From Monocercomonoides exilis PA203 (lineage: Eukaryota > Protista > Preaxostyla), in contig LSRY02000035.1 of assembly GCA_001643675.2 (NCBI GenBank), positions 620,001 to 684,000 of the forward strand: DNA of 64,000 nt, written 5' to 3'. Positions 35,369 to 46,815 of this stretch are shown in pieces. Position numbers and translations under genes: made by a program. The first letter of the stretch is position 1. Each line of letters begins with the position of its first letter. The notes beneath the pieces are model-generated. The model made no database searches and was not told the origin of the DNA. It saw only the letters and a program-made list of their open reading frames with translations.

Positions 35369-35770
35369 GCGCTGCCTGCTGTTTGGTTCTGTCAGACGGT
35401 GTTCTCTAAAGATGTGCCTTCCAACTTTCCCAGTTGGCCACAGCAGAAGAATTGAGCGTTTGGAGCGGAGAAAGGTGATTGCACCAACAAAACAAATAGA
35501 ATGCGAAGTCAATTAGATATCCTCAGTATTTTATTGTTTTTTATTTTTCTTTTTGTGTTGCTGTTTTCATTTCAATTGTGAAGTCACTTAGTTATGAAAT
35601 AATTGAGAAACATCCATCATTTCTGCGTATTTTCGGGAAAAAAGAGGCAAAGAATTTGTTTTTGTTGAAAAAGGGTCGATGAATATTTTTTTTTTAAGTC
35701 TTTTTCGCTCAGCTCATGAAAAACAATTTGAAAATGAAAAATGAAAGAAAGAGATCTGTCAAAATGAAAC

Positions 35771-37990
35771 TTATTTCTCGAATGAAGTGGCAAAAGAGCA
35801 TGTGCTTTTAGACATTTTTCTTGACCTCTCCTTGGCAGCAATCTTTTCTTCCAGGCCATTCTCTATTCTCCCTTTTTCTGGAACTGCAACCCCCAAAAGC
35901 GGTGGAAGCATTTTCGGAAGCTGAATAACCATTTTGGGAGCAGGAAAGAGTGGACCAGTCAAATCAGAGCAGCACTCCGCACAACCTCCACATCCACACA
36001 AACACTCTGACACAGCACAGCTGCAGCGACTGCTCAGGGCAAAAGTGGTGTTTGCTTGGCAGACGATGAATGAGAAGAGAAGGCGTTCCCATCTGCTGAT
36101 CGATCCTGTGCTGAATGTTGCAGCTCCCCAGGCAATCGACGCTCTGCTGAAACACTCGCAATTTTTATTTTCAACAGATGAGGCACCTGCAGAGGCGGTG
36201 ACAACACACATGCGCCAGACAATGAGACAATCGGAGCAGCAAGTGTTCAAGAAGAGTGTGTTGCAGGAATTCCACGCTGAATGTTTGCTAACTTGAAAAA
36301 TGATGTGTTGCGGAACAACGAAGATGTTGGTTCTGAAGGAGTCACACCAGAAAAACAGAAAAGGCAATATGATGAATGTGGAGAAGAAAATGTCAATGAT
36401 GAAGATGAAGAGAGCAGAGGCTGAGCTGGTTGTGTTTGACATTCTTTCTCTGAATGCACACAGAGCATCTCAAAGGAAGGCAGAGTAAAAGAAGGTGGAG
36501 GCGTTGTTGGAAGAAAAGTCACAAAAGCATCCACTGGCATTATTGTGTCTGGCAGCCGGCAATCAAGTAAATTTCGAGGAATTTGAGGAATTTGAGGAAT
36601 TTGAAGAGCTTAACCAATCAAGAGTGTTCTGTGCCAAACGTATAGACAATTGCTGTCTGACTGAAGGGATCTGCTTCGGGCAATTCGAACTTCTGTCATT
36701 TTCTGCCTCAGACAAATGTCCGACTTCAGATGCTTCAAATAGCAGCTGAGATGTTTGTCCCTCGCTTTCAGCTGAGCTGTGCGGGCTGCCAACAGAAGAA
36801 AACAACTCAGCCGATGTGAACAAAAATTGCTGTGGTGGTTGGGATGAATCGTGTAGCAATGCCACAAAAGAAGGGAAAGATGGAATGTCTTCAGAAACTA
36901 TCGAAGGAAATGCTGTCTCATCATCGTTCTCATCACAAGAATCACTCGAAGCCTGAACAGAAGACAAACACAAAAGCGAGTCGTTCTCTTCTGTTGGCTG
37001 CTCATTCCTGTTGATGTTCAATGGACTTTGGATCCATTGAAGCAAGTTTGGTCCATGGCTTCTGGGTAATGGCTGAAATGACTCTTCACTTTCGCTTTCA
37101 TACCTCTCTGTCATCTCTGATTCTTTTGCCTGTTTGTCTCTTTTCCTCCTCTTCCTTCCTCTCTCCTTCGTTTCCTTCCATTTCATTTCAATGCTACCAT
37201 CACTATCTCCTCCTTCTTCTGCTGCCTCTCAAACCGCTCCATCTCCTCTGCTGTCATGTCCCACACGTCTGAATGCTTCAGCTGGCTTTTCGCTTCTTCC
37301 AGCGTGAAGCGCCTCATCTTCATTCCTCCATTTCCATAAATGTGGAAAACTCTCTGCTCGCTTCTTTTGTCACCTCGTCTTACTGCGGTGATTCCTTTGA
37401 AATCATTTGCAAATCACTTCCGATGGCTCCTTCTTTGAGCAAAATCTGTTTTTGCAGTTCGATCACTCCAAAGCTACGCTCATCAAAACGAGCCTTTCAA
37501 TTGGTGCCTTCTTTCCTGATCAAAGACTCCTCTTCACTGAATGCAACACACATTTCTGGTGCTTTTCGCTTTGGCAAAGAGTTGCCAGCATTTGTATCTG
37601 ATTGAAATGAACTTCCTTCAGTATAGATACTCAACAGAGGACTCATCGCTTCACATCGGATTGTTGGCTTGATGGTTTAATGAGCTTTGTCCTTCCTGTG
37701 TGTCCGCTGCTTTCATTTCTATTGATTGCGCAAGAAATCGAAAAAGGAAATGAAGTAGCAGATTTGGCAGAGGTTTCGAAGCGAATGCTGTGCTGTTTAA
37801 TGCCTTTGAAGGGAGTGCAAAACTTTCTTGCTGCTCCATTGATGTATCTGCGCAAGGAGGCTTGGCAAAGGAAAATGTCCAGCAGGTGTCATTGCGAAAT
37901 TCAAATGCTTTGCCTCCCATTTTCAACACATCGCAGACTTTTTTCTTTATGTCTTGCAGGAGCCCAGTTTGCTCGGTGTCTTTGCACAGA
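35771..37990 (-). pseudogene. Degraded gene fragments of unknown product
   Basis: Coding-like composition with frequent stops and frameshifts on the minus strand (ORFs 36563-37186, 37651-37929, 35771-36442). Confidence 0.35.
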
Positions 37991-38214
37991 ATTTAACGGG
38001 AAAGTCGATTTCGAAGACAGCAAGCAACATAATATACAAAGGATTTTTCGTACCAAAAATAATATTTAATTGAATATGAAAATTAAAAAATCACACCTTT
38101 TATCAACAAAAAATAAATATTTTTTTGATTGCAAATTAATGGGCATTTCGATTGGATCAGTTTGGATCCTTGTTTGTTATTCTTTGAAAATCGAATCTTA
38201 TAACTTTATATTGG

Positions 38215-41200
38215 ATGGCAGTTGTTTATAAGATGTTTTTATATTTGGTGCTGTTATTGAAAGGAGTTTCTACTGAATATTGCAACAATAAAGAATATTT
38301 GAGCAAAGAATTTATTCATGAAATTTCTAAGACATCTTTTGGCATCGAAGGAAAGAAAAAGCTCGCTGAAAGTGAAGGTAATGTTATTCAAGATTTTGCT
38401 TTGGAAAGTGAAGAACACACTGCTGTGGGAAAAGGAATTACAAGTTCTGATTATTTTTTGAACGATAAAACGAAAAGAATTCCACTGGAGGATGATTTTG
38501 AAAATACCAAGAATTATGAAAATTCAGAGAACACTTTGGTGGAGAATGGAGCATCGTTTGCCATCAGTAGAAATCCAGTTAACGAAAGCAGTTTTGAAGA
38601 AGAAGAAAAAGAAGAATTGTTCTTTGACGGGGCATATGGGGAAGATATCGCTGAATGTGGAATACGTGAATCAATTCCATGCAAAACAATCAAAAGAGTG
38701 GTGGAAAAATGTTCAAAGAAAAGTTCAATGATTCTGTGCCTCAGCGAAGAAAGCAACAAATACGACACTGAGCCAATCACAATTGAAGGAAGGAATATCG
38801 AGATTAAAAATCGAGACGATCGCATTGTGACAATAATCACAGCATTGGATGAAAAGAAGGTGCAGCAGGGGGATGCATTGTTTAACTTAAGAACTGATGG
38901 AAATTTTACTGTGAAAAACGCTTTGATTCATGTGAATACAACACGTGCAAGTGGCAGAAATCGGGGATTGGTTGTTGTTGAAGGAAAAGATGCATCTTTT
39001 GAAGTTGAAACAGCAACTATTATTGCAGCAGATTCTGAGCAAGTGCTGAATTGTGTTTTGATTGAATGCAAATTAGGCACATTAAGTCTGCAAGATGTTG
39101 GGATTTCGCATTTTCATTCCTCTTTTGCACTGATATTGGCAGATGCGTCGTATCTCTTTTATTTGTTTTCTTCCTCATTTGACACAATTTCAACAGCAAG
39201 CGCAGCACAATCGGTGATAACAATATTGGGAGGTTGCAATTTCACAATTATTCATGACTCCAACTTTTCAAATTGTGGCTCATTGGAGCACAGATTGGGA
39301 GGCGTTTTGTACCTTGAGATTGAAAGCATCAATGATTCCACTCATATCATTGGAACCGATTTTTCTAATTGTTCTTGTCAAAGCAATGAATTGCAAAAGC
39401 AACAAAATGAGGGATCAAAAGGTGGAGCAGTGTATGTCCATGCAAATAATGATGCGATTGGTGCATTAAATTTTGAGTTAGACAGGGTAACATTCTCAAA
39501 TTGCACGGCTGATATTGGAAAATATATATTAATGTCCCTTGAAGCAGGCTATGAGCAAATAAAGAAAGACAAGTTTAAGTTTGACATGGAAGAGATTTAT
39601 GGAAAGCCAAATTTTATTATGTTGGAAGGAAGAGCGGGCGGAGCGAATAACATTGTTGATTTCATGAACGATGAGGCAAAAAGGCTTCCGTATTTCTCGA
39701 AGAATATTTATATTGGGGGAGAGAAAGCAAGTGATGGGGATAATTGTGGAAATAGAGAAGAGCCTTGTGATTTGCTAAAGACTGGGCTGAATCACATCCT
39801 AAAATTTGTTCGGAATACGATGTTTGTTGTTGGATCTGTTCCTGTGGATGAAGCGTGTTTGTTTGATGAGCAGACTGTCTTTTCATCTGCTGTAGATGAT
39901 TGTTCATTGCCAGTTCCAATTAAAGAAAATAATCGCGGAATTCTTCATGTTGGTGCAAATATTAAAGCAGGAGAATTGAAGGGGGTATTTCACTCGAATC
40001 GCTCAGATTTAAATTTCGAGCATATCGACATTGAATATCCTGATGCAGTCAAAGGAGATGCACTGGATATAATTTATGGGAGATGTTATATTGTGATTGT
40101 TGATGTTGTGTTCAGGCCTTGGTACGCTGGGCTGAAGGGAGAAAGCGTGTCAAGGTTGGAAGGAAATCTTCTTCCTTTTAAGCTTATTGTGACTGAGGAT
40201 AGAATGGCCTACATGAGTCGACTTGTTGTTTATGGCAGAAATGGTAACCTGACTGACATGGGCCAGAGTTGCATCAATGAAAATAACAAAAAACCCAACA
40301 GTTTAACGATGAATGGATTATTTGAGAACGAATGTGAGAATAGAGGAGGCAACACAGAGAACAATCAATTGTGCTCTTGGAATTTTGGGCTTATATTTTT
40401 TAATAATTCTTATCAAGTGGACTTCAAAGATTGCATGTTTGCTAATATCAGTGAAGGTGCCGTTTTGACAACAGCTTCTTTTTTAAACTTTAATAATTGC
40501 AGCTTTGTGAATAATCATGCAACTGACGATGAATGGAAGAAATTCCCTTCTTTGCATCATAACATTCTTCAATATGGAAATCAAAAATTGGGTTGGACTA
40601 CTGTGAATTCCTTGGCAGCTGGAAGTGATGGGATGGGCAGGAAACCTTTTGGAATGCTTTCTGAAGTGAGGGTGAGCGGTGACGCAGTGACGCAGTGACG
40701 AATTTGGGTTCTATTTTCTTTGTTCCTGTTTTGACGAATGTGTCTCAGATAAAAGAGGAACAGAGCAATGCAAATGAGATTCGTGATGATAAAGATGAAG
40801 AAACTGTAATCGCTGTTGTGTGTGGCAAATATTTATTTCCTTGCAGCTTGACATTTGAAGCAGCCAAAAAATGAAAAGGGGAAGAACTGAAGTGGATTGA
40901 TTGTCCCATTTCTGAATATGTTAACGAGACTGAAATGAAAGTGAAGATTCCGAAGTCTATTCTTGAAGTCGATGACTACACATCTGTGATCTGCCGACTC
41001 TCATATCCCAATGGACTGAAGAATGGCAAAAAGAGTAGCACTGATGATTTTATTTTGGTGAATCAAAAGAAAGATGAGCCTTCGGAAAGTGAGCCGAAAA
41101 GACTCACACCAACTCAGATTATAATTATTTCTGTTTCTGTGAGTGTATTTTTTGGACTTTCGGGAATGACGATTTTTGCAATTGTTTTTGTTTGCATTTT

Positions 41201-41255
41201 GAAGAAAAGGAAGCGAAGCCAATACAAGGTTATAAATGACACCCAGAAGTATTAA
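38215..41255 (+). pseudogene. Beta-helix/Pmp-like single-pass surface protein, disrupted near its C-terminus
   Basis: Signal-like N-terminus. Motifs: CG....PC, GGVLYL/GGAVYV, FSNC and LCSWNFGLI. An extra 8-bp unit at 40679-40700 causes a frameshift, and there is an in-frame TGA at 40872. The TM segment plus KKRKRSQY tail is in 40935-41255. Paralogous to 59650-63720. Confidence 0.75.
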
Positions 41256-41840
41256 AAATGGACAAAGACGAAGACCTGACCATATCTGTCTTTATTTTAT
41301 TTTATTTTTTTTTTTAATTTAATTTTAATGCCCTTCCTTCTGTCTGTATAGGGTGAGTGTTTGATTTGGTGTTTATTTCTGTTTATTGAAATATTTGTTT
41401 GTCTATATGTATGTGCTTGTATTTTGATGATATCAACTTGTTTATATTTAGCCAAAAGCAAATAAGAGGAAATGGGTATTTTTGTTTGAAACCAATTTCT
41501 CATGAGATCGAAAGTTAGGTCTTTTCTTTTCTTTTCTTTTTTTTATTGAATTGAATATGTTCAATATGTTAGATGGTTACACAGAGTGAAATGTCATTTC
41601 ATTCTAACAAACAAAGGTGTTTTAACTCTTCCATTTTTTCGGTTTTTTCAAAAAGAGCATTTCAGACATTTTCTTTTTGAAGAAAGAGATTCCGTCAACG
41701 AAGGATTTAACCACAGCCCTCTGACTCAAAATAAAAATAGATTTTCGGTTTTCTTTGGTTGTTTCGTTTTTATCGTTTTGTTAAAATAAATTTCGATTAA
41801 ATTGCAAATGATAATTTCACTTGGAAAAGTGTTACGTTTA

Positions 41841-44382
41841 CCATCGTTCAAAAACCCGGGAATTTTTCAAAAACCCGGATTTCAAGAAATAATGAAATCT
41901 GATCATCTCTTTCAAAAGCATTTTCAACAACATATTTATTTTCCATAAAGTATCAATAGTAATTTCCCATCCAAATTTTGATCATTTTCCGTTAAAATTC
42001 AATTCGCCTTGTTGAGAGAATCAATTTGAACTTTAACTCATTTCTCAATAAGAAATCAAAAAAAATCAACACCAGCATTTCCGTGAAGAACTTTTATTGT
42101 TCAATGAATACTTAACTATTGCATTTTTTTATTCACAAACAAAAAATCAATATTAATTCTCATATTTTTTTAATTATGATCAAAAATCAAACCCATATTA
42201 ATGGCTATTACAAAAGAATTGTCGTTATCAGAGCTTAGGAAAAAGTTGGCAACCTCCGAAATAAGAAGGTTAAAAACAACATCTCAAAAAATATTTGAAC
42301 TGCGGAAGGATCATGTTATAACAAGAAAAGTGGCTGTAGATTCTGGCACCATATCAAATGGCTCATGGTACAGAGGAATAGCGGCAGAGAAGCAGAAAAG
42401 GCAGGCAGGAGTGAACGGAAGACCACCAATTATTACACAAGATTTAATAGAAAAAATTGAGAATCAAGTTATTGTTCTTCTTTCAAAAGGTGAAACAATT
42501 AGAGTGAAGGACGTGCACAAAATGGTTTTTGTTTTTTTTTATCAAGGAAATTAATTTTTCTAAGTATTTTTAGATTGTGGAGCATCTTGAGCAATCATTG
42601 CGTGACGAAGAAGAGATAAAAATTCCAGGTTTAACTGCGGCGTATTACACGATTCAAAGAAGCAGTGTTTTGAAATCAGCGCTTTCCAAACCTTTAGACT
42701 CAGCAAAAATATCTTCACAATCATCAAGTGCCATTCAAAAATGGTTCGAAGAACTTCATCAGATTGTAAATGACAATGATATTAGTGCATCAGGGATATT
42801 TAATTTCGACGAAACATCACTTCATTTTGGAGACGATTCTTGCAAACTAGTGGTTTGTTTGCAAAATCAAAAACCCCCTTCAACACCGTTACCAAAAAAA
42901 ACTTCAAACACAACTTTATGCCTTTGTGCATGCGCAGATGGCTCTTGTTTACCTTCTTATCTTCTTTGGCCAGCAAAAAAAACACCTTCAGAATTTCTCA
43001 CACTTTCATCATTCAATATCAACTATATATTTGCTTCATCTGGCTGGATCACAACAAAAATCTTCGAAAAAATAATGTGCGAAAACTGGCTAATTCAAAT
43101 TGAAGAAAAAATGAAAAAAGGAGGAATAAAATCGTCGTTATTTCTAATGGATAATCATTCATCACACTGTAGTGAAGCCGTTGAAATTTTTGCAAAAAAA
43201 AGAAACATCATTATCAAGAAATTTCCACCAAATTTAACTCACTTGCTTCAACCGTGCGATAACTCAATATTTGCAAGGTTCAAAAAAACGTACAACAACA
43301 ACTTCAAAACTTCATCTGATCGTTCTGCTTCTGCATTTCGCTCCGCTGTTTTTGACATCCTCCCAGAAGCACTTTCTGCAGCCACAACTCCATCAAATAT
43401 AAAACATGCATTCAGGCAGACGGGCGTTTGGCCGGTCAAAGCTGCTCCTGTATTGGAAAGAATAAGCGGGGAACCAGAAAGAAACCAATCATTATGTGTT
43501 GAAAAAAACAAAGAACAATTGTATGGAAGATTTTCTCCAAAGAAAATGAAACATGATGAAAAAACTCTTGAGAACATGAAAGCTGATATTGAAAAAGGCA
43601 AAACAATCAAGAATGGAAAAGATGAAGAAAGAAAAAAAACTTCAGCAATCAGTGATGTATCAATATTGATGAAGAAGAAAAAGAAACGAACTAGAAATGA
43701 ATTTTTGAAATTGATGAGAAATGAAGAAAAGGATGAGATGGCTATGATGAATATATCAAAAAAAGAAAATAGAAATAAAAGCGAAAAGAAATTGTGGAGA
43801 AAATGTTTGAGGATTGAGTACAATGACGATGAAAGTGATGATGAAAATGCGAAGACGATTTGAAGCAAGATCTTTTAATAATAATGCTTTTCATTGTGAA
43901 ATTTGTAGTTTGATATTCGATAAATCCAGATAAATTGCATTTCATCTTTTTGAAAAATTAAAAGGTTTGATTCTTTTATTAGAATTCCATTTGTTTCCTC
44001 ATTTCATCAGACGCTATCGAATATTAGAATATTATCACAATTATAGGATTTTGTTGGAAAAAGCAAATGAAAATAGAAACAAATGATTTCATTCGTTGTG
44101 AATTATTCGTAAGAATAAATATTGATAAAACAAGTTTTAAGAAATAATTTTTGAAATATGCAATTCACAATAACTGAAAGAATAACAAAATAATTTTTGA
44201 AAAACATATATTTCTTTCTTAAAGAATGAACAATTCTTTCATTAACATATGAATTATCAACAGCTTGAACATCATTTAATTGTTGAATGCGTGTGAAAGT
44301 TAAATATCAAGAACGATTGAATGATCTTTCAATATGATGGATGTCCGGGTTTTTGAAAAATTCCCGGGTTTTTGAACGATGG
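41841..44382 (+). mobile_element. Intact pogo/Fot1-like (Tc1/mariner superfamily, DD35D) DNA transposon
   Basis: Perfect 39-bp TIRs ccatcgttcaaaaacccgggaatttttcaaaaacccgga (41841-41879 and 44344-44382), flanked by TA on both sides, with a transposase inside. Confidence 0.95.
42201..43863 (+). CDS. pogo-like DDE_1 transposase, two exons (42201-42524, 42574-43863)
   Basis: An in-frame 49-nt GT-AG intron. The triad NFDETS / MDNHSSH / LQPCDNSIF has 35 residues between the 2nd and 3rd D. GRPP motif near the N-terminus; AFRQTGVWP tail. Confidence 0.92.
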
Positions 44383-44471
44383 TATATTTGATCTGTTTTT
44401 GAAAAAATATTTTGACATAAAAGGTCTTATAAATCATTTCTCAAGGGAAAAAAATTCTTTTTGAATTCTCT

Positions 44472-45150
44472 TTATTCACTATCATAATACATTATCAAAT
44501 CATCTTCATCAAGTATTTCTTCTTCTTTATCTTCTGTTTCTTCTGCTGCTTTTGCTTCTTCTATTTTCTTTTCTTTTTGAAAAACAATTTTCGACACGAA
44601 TTCATTGAACCACAAAATCTTTCTCTTATTAATTATCAAAAAAAGCAAGTCAATAATCAACAAATTTTTCTCGAATTCCATGGGATTGTGCAAATCTTAT
44701 CATTTGGCTCCATAATCCTTTGAATGTATTTGTGTAAATGTGAGTTTCTTCGTTTATAAAATTTCTTTTATGGCACACTGGAAGATGATTGTATCCAAGA
44801 AGAGCAAGAGATAATAATGTCTTCCACTCATCAAGCACTATAATTGATTGAGAAAATATTTCCTTTTAAATGTTGCGAGACAATAAAAAAGCTGAGTTAT
44901 TTGGTCAATCACACTTTAAATCTTTCGTTTCAATTTTTTTTTCAAATATTCAGAAAATGCATGTCAGTAACATCAGTTTTCCTCAATTGTATTCTTTTCT
45001 TTGAAACACACATTTATCAAATCCTGCATAATCTTTTCGTCTCAGAGAACTGTTTTATTCTAATTGATAATGTTCATCGCTTCACACCTCATTTCAGATG
45101 ACCAATATACCACAGAGTTCCTATTTGTCTCCAACATTTCCGAACAAAAA
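44472..45150 (-). mobile_element. Degraded Merlin/ISXO2 (IS1595-like) transposase remnant
   Basis: DEWKTLLSLALLGYNHLPVCHKRNFINEETHIYTNTFKGLWSQM fits the ISXO2/Merlin pattern D.W..Y..L...GY.H..V.H...F......HTN.IE..W. It is frameshifted, and no TIRs were found. Confidence 0.7.
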
Positions 45151-46764
45151 TTTTCACTTGCATTAACACAACTTTATTAACAAATTAAGAAAATGTTGTT
45201 AATAATGAGCCTTGTCACTTTTCTGTGTTCATTAATAATTTTTCAAGTGAAATAATTGAATCGAAAAATATGATTGAATTTATATGATTTCAAAAATAAT
45301 CGCCCATATTTACCCCATTTCTTTCATCTGCCTTTTCTTTTCAAAAAAAAACTTTAAAAAAACACCAACCCAAAATTATTATTTATTAAGTTTTTTATGA
45401 TAAAAAAATCTCATTTGAAAATAAATTTTTGTATTGTCCAAAGAAATATACTAAAAACCTGTTATTATTTGATATGAAAAAATATCATATTTTTTTCTTT
45501 TCACATTTGTCTAAAATTTTCTTGAAAAGTTCCTTTTGTTTTATTTTTAAATAAAAACAAAATAAAATATTTCGATCCAATTTCTGTTCTCACTTTCCAA
45601 ATTTTTCTTTCGAGAAAACAAAATCTTGACAATGTTTTGATTATCATTTTTGAGAAGTTTCATGAGTGGGAACAGAAATTTGGTTCTAATATGATTATTA
45701 CAATAATTATTATAACAAGAATAAAACATTAGCCACTTTTCAAAAAGAATTGTTCACTTGATTCAACAAAAATCCGAAAAAAAAGTTATGACAACAAAAA
45801 TAATCACACTTCTACAACCTCATTCACAATCGATGTGGACTTTCATTGAAGACACGATTTTGCATAAAAATTCTATAAAAAGCATTTTTTTTTCACCTGT
45901 TTTTCAATCCGTATAATATCTAAAGACATTGGCCATTCGATGAACAAGAACATATTATTATTATTATTATTTGGATGTTTGAAATAAAGATCATAAAATA
46001 GTTATCTTTGAAAAAAAGTTATTTTTTTCTGTGTGTATTTATCAATAAACAAAGTTAACTCTCGAACATGAATTTTTGTGAGAAAAAAATTGTTTCAAAA
46101 ATTATCACCCTTATGAAAATTATTGATTTGGGACAAATTTTTTTGTTTTATGAATTTTGTTCCACACAGTTCTTTCAAAGATTTTCCTCGATTTTTTATA
46201 TTTTTATTCTAAATATCACTATTATGTTAGAATAATAATTCTTCGATTTCAGAAATAATTTGGAACAAATCATTGAATATTTCATAAATTCAAAAATTCT
46301 GTCCCATTTCAATTTTGAGATTATATCTTTGTTTCTTACAATATTAGCAAGTGAAATAAACACATAATAACTTATAACTTATTATTTATCTATTTTTCAA
46401 CAGATTTGAAAATTGTTGAAAAGCGTGCATTTGTAGAAGCATTTTAAAATAGCTGTGTGTCAATTCAAACAAACAAACTTAATCTGCGTTGTATAAATAA
46501 TTAAAAAAAATCGAACAAACTTGAGTAAACACATTGGAGAAACAATGCTTTCAAAATAATCGATAAAGATAATTCATTTCAAAGAAAATAAAGAATAAAC
46601 ATTCAAAGAGATCAAAATTTTCAACAATCCCATTCTCACAAGAAAAAAGGATTTGCTTTCAATTTGAAGAATGAGAACACGAAATCAAAAAAAAATATTT
46701 AAAACATACAGATTTTTAAACAAATAAATTTTGAAATAAATTCACAAGTCAATTTTCTTTTTTT

Positions 46765-46765
<1 letters not shown>

Positions 46766-46808
<43 letters not shown>
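46766..46808. repeat. A43 homopolymer
   Basis: A run of 43 A (poly-T on the minus strand) just after the inferred stop of the minus-strand gene. Confidence 0.9.
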
Positions 46809-46810
<2 letters not shown>

Positions 46811-46815
46811 CATAA

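Noticed and set aside
40872-40874. TGA readthrough, selenocysteine or an alternative genetic code
   Set aside because: TAA, TAG and TGA all terminate intact genes in this window, and the locus already has an upstream frameshift.
46766-46808. Poly(A) tail of a retrocopy or non-LTR element
   Set aside because: No upstream element body or TSD was found. It reads as a poly-T tract in the 3' flank of the minus-strand gene.
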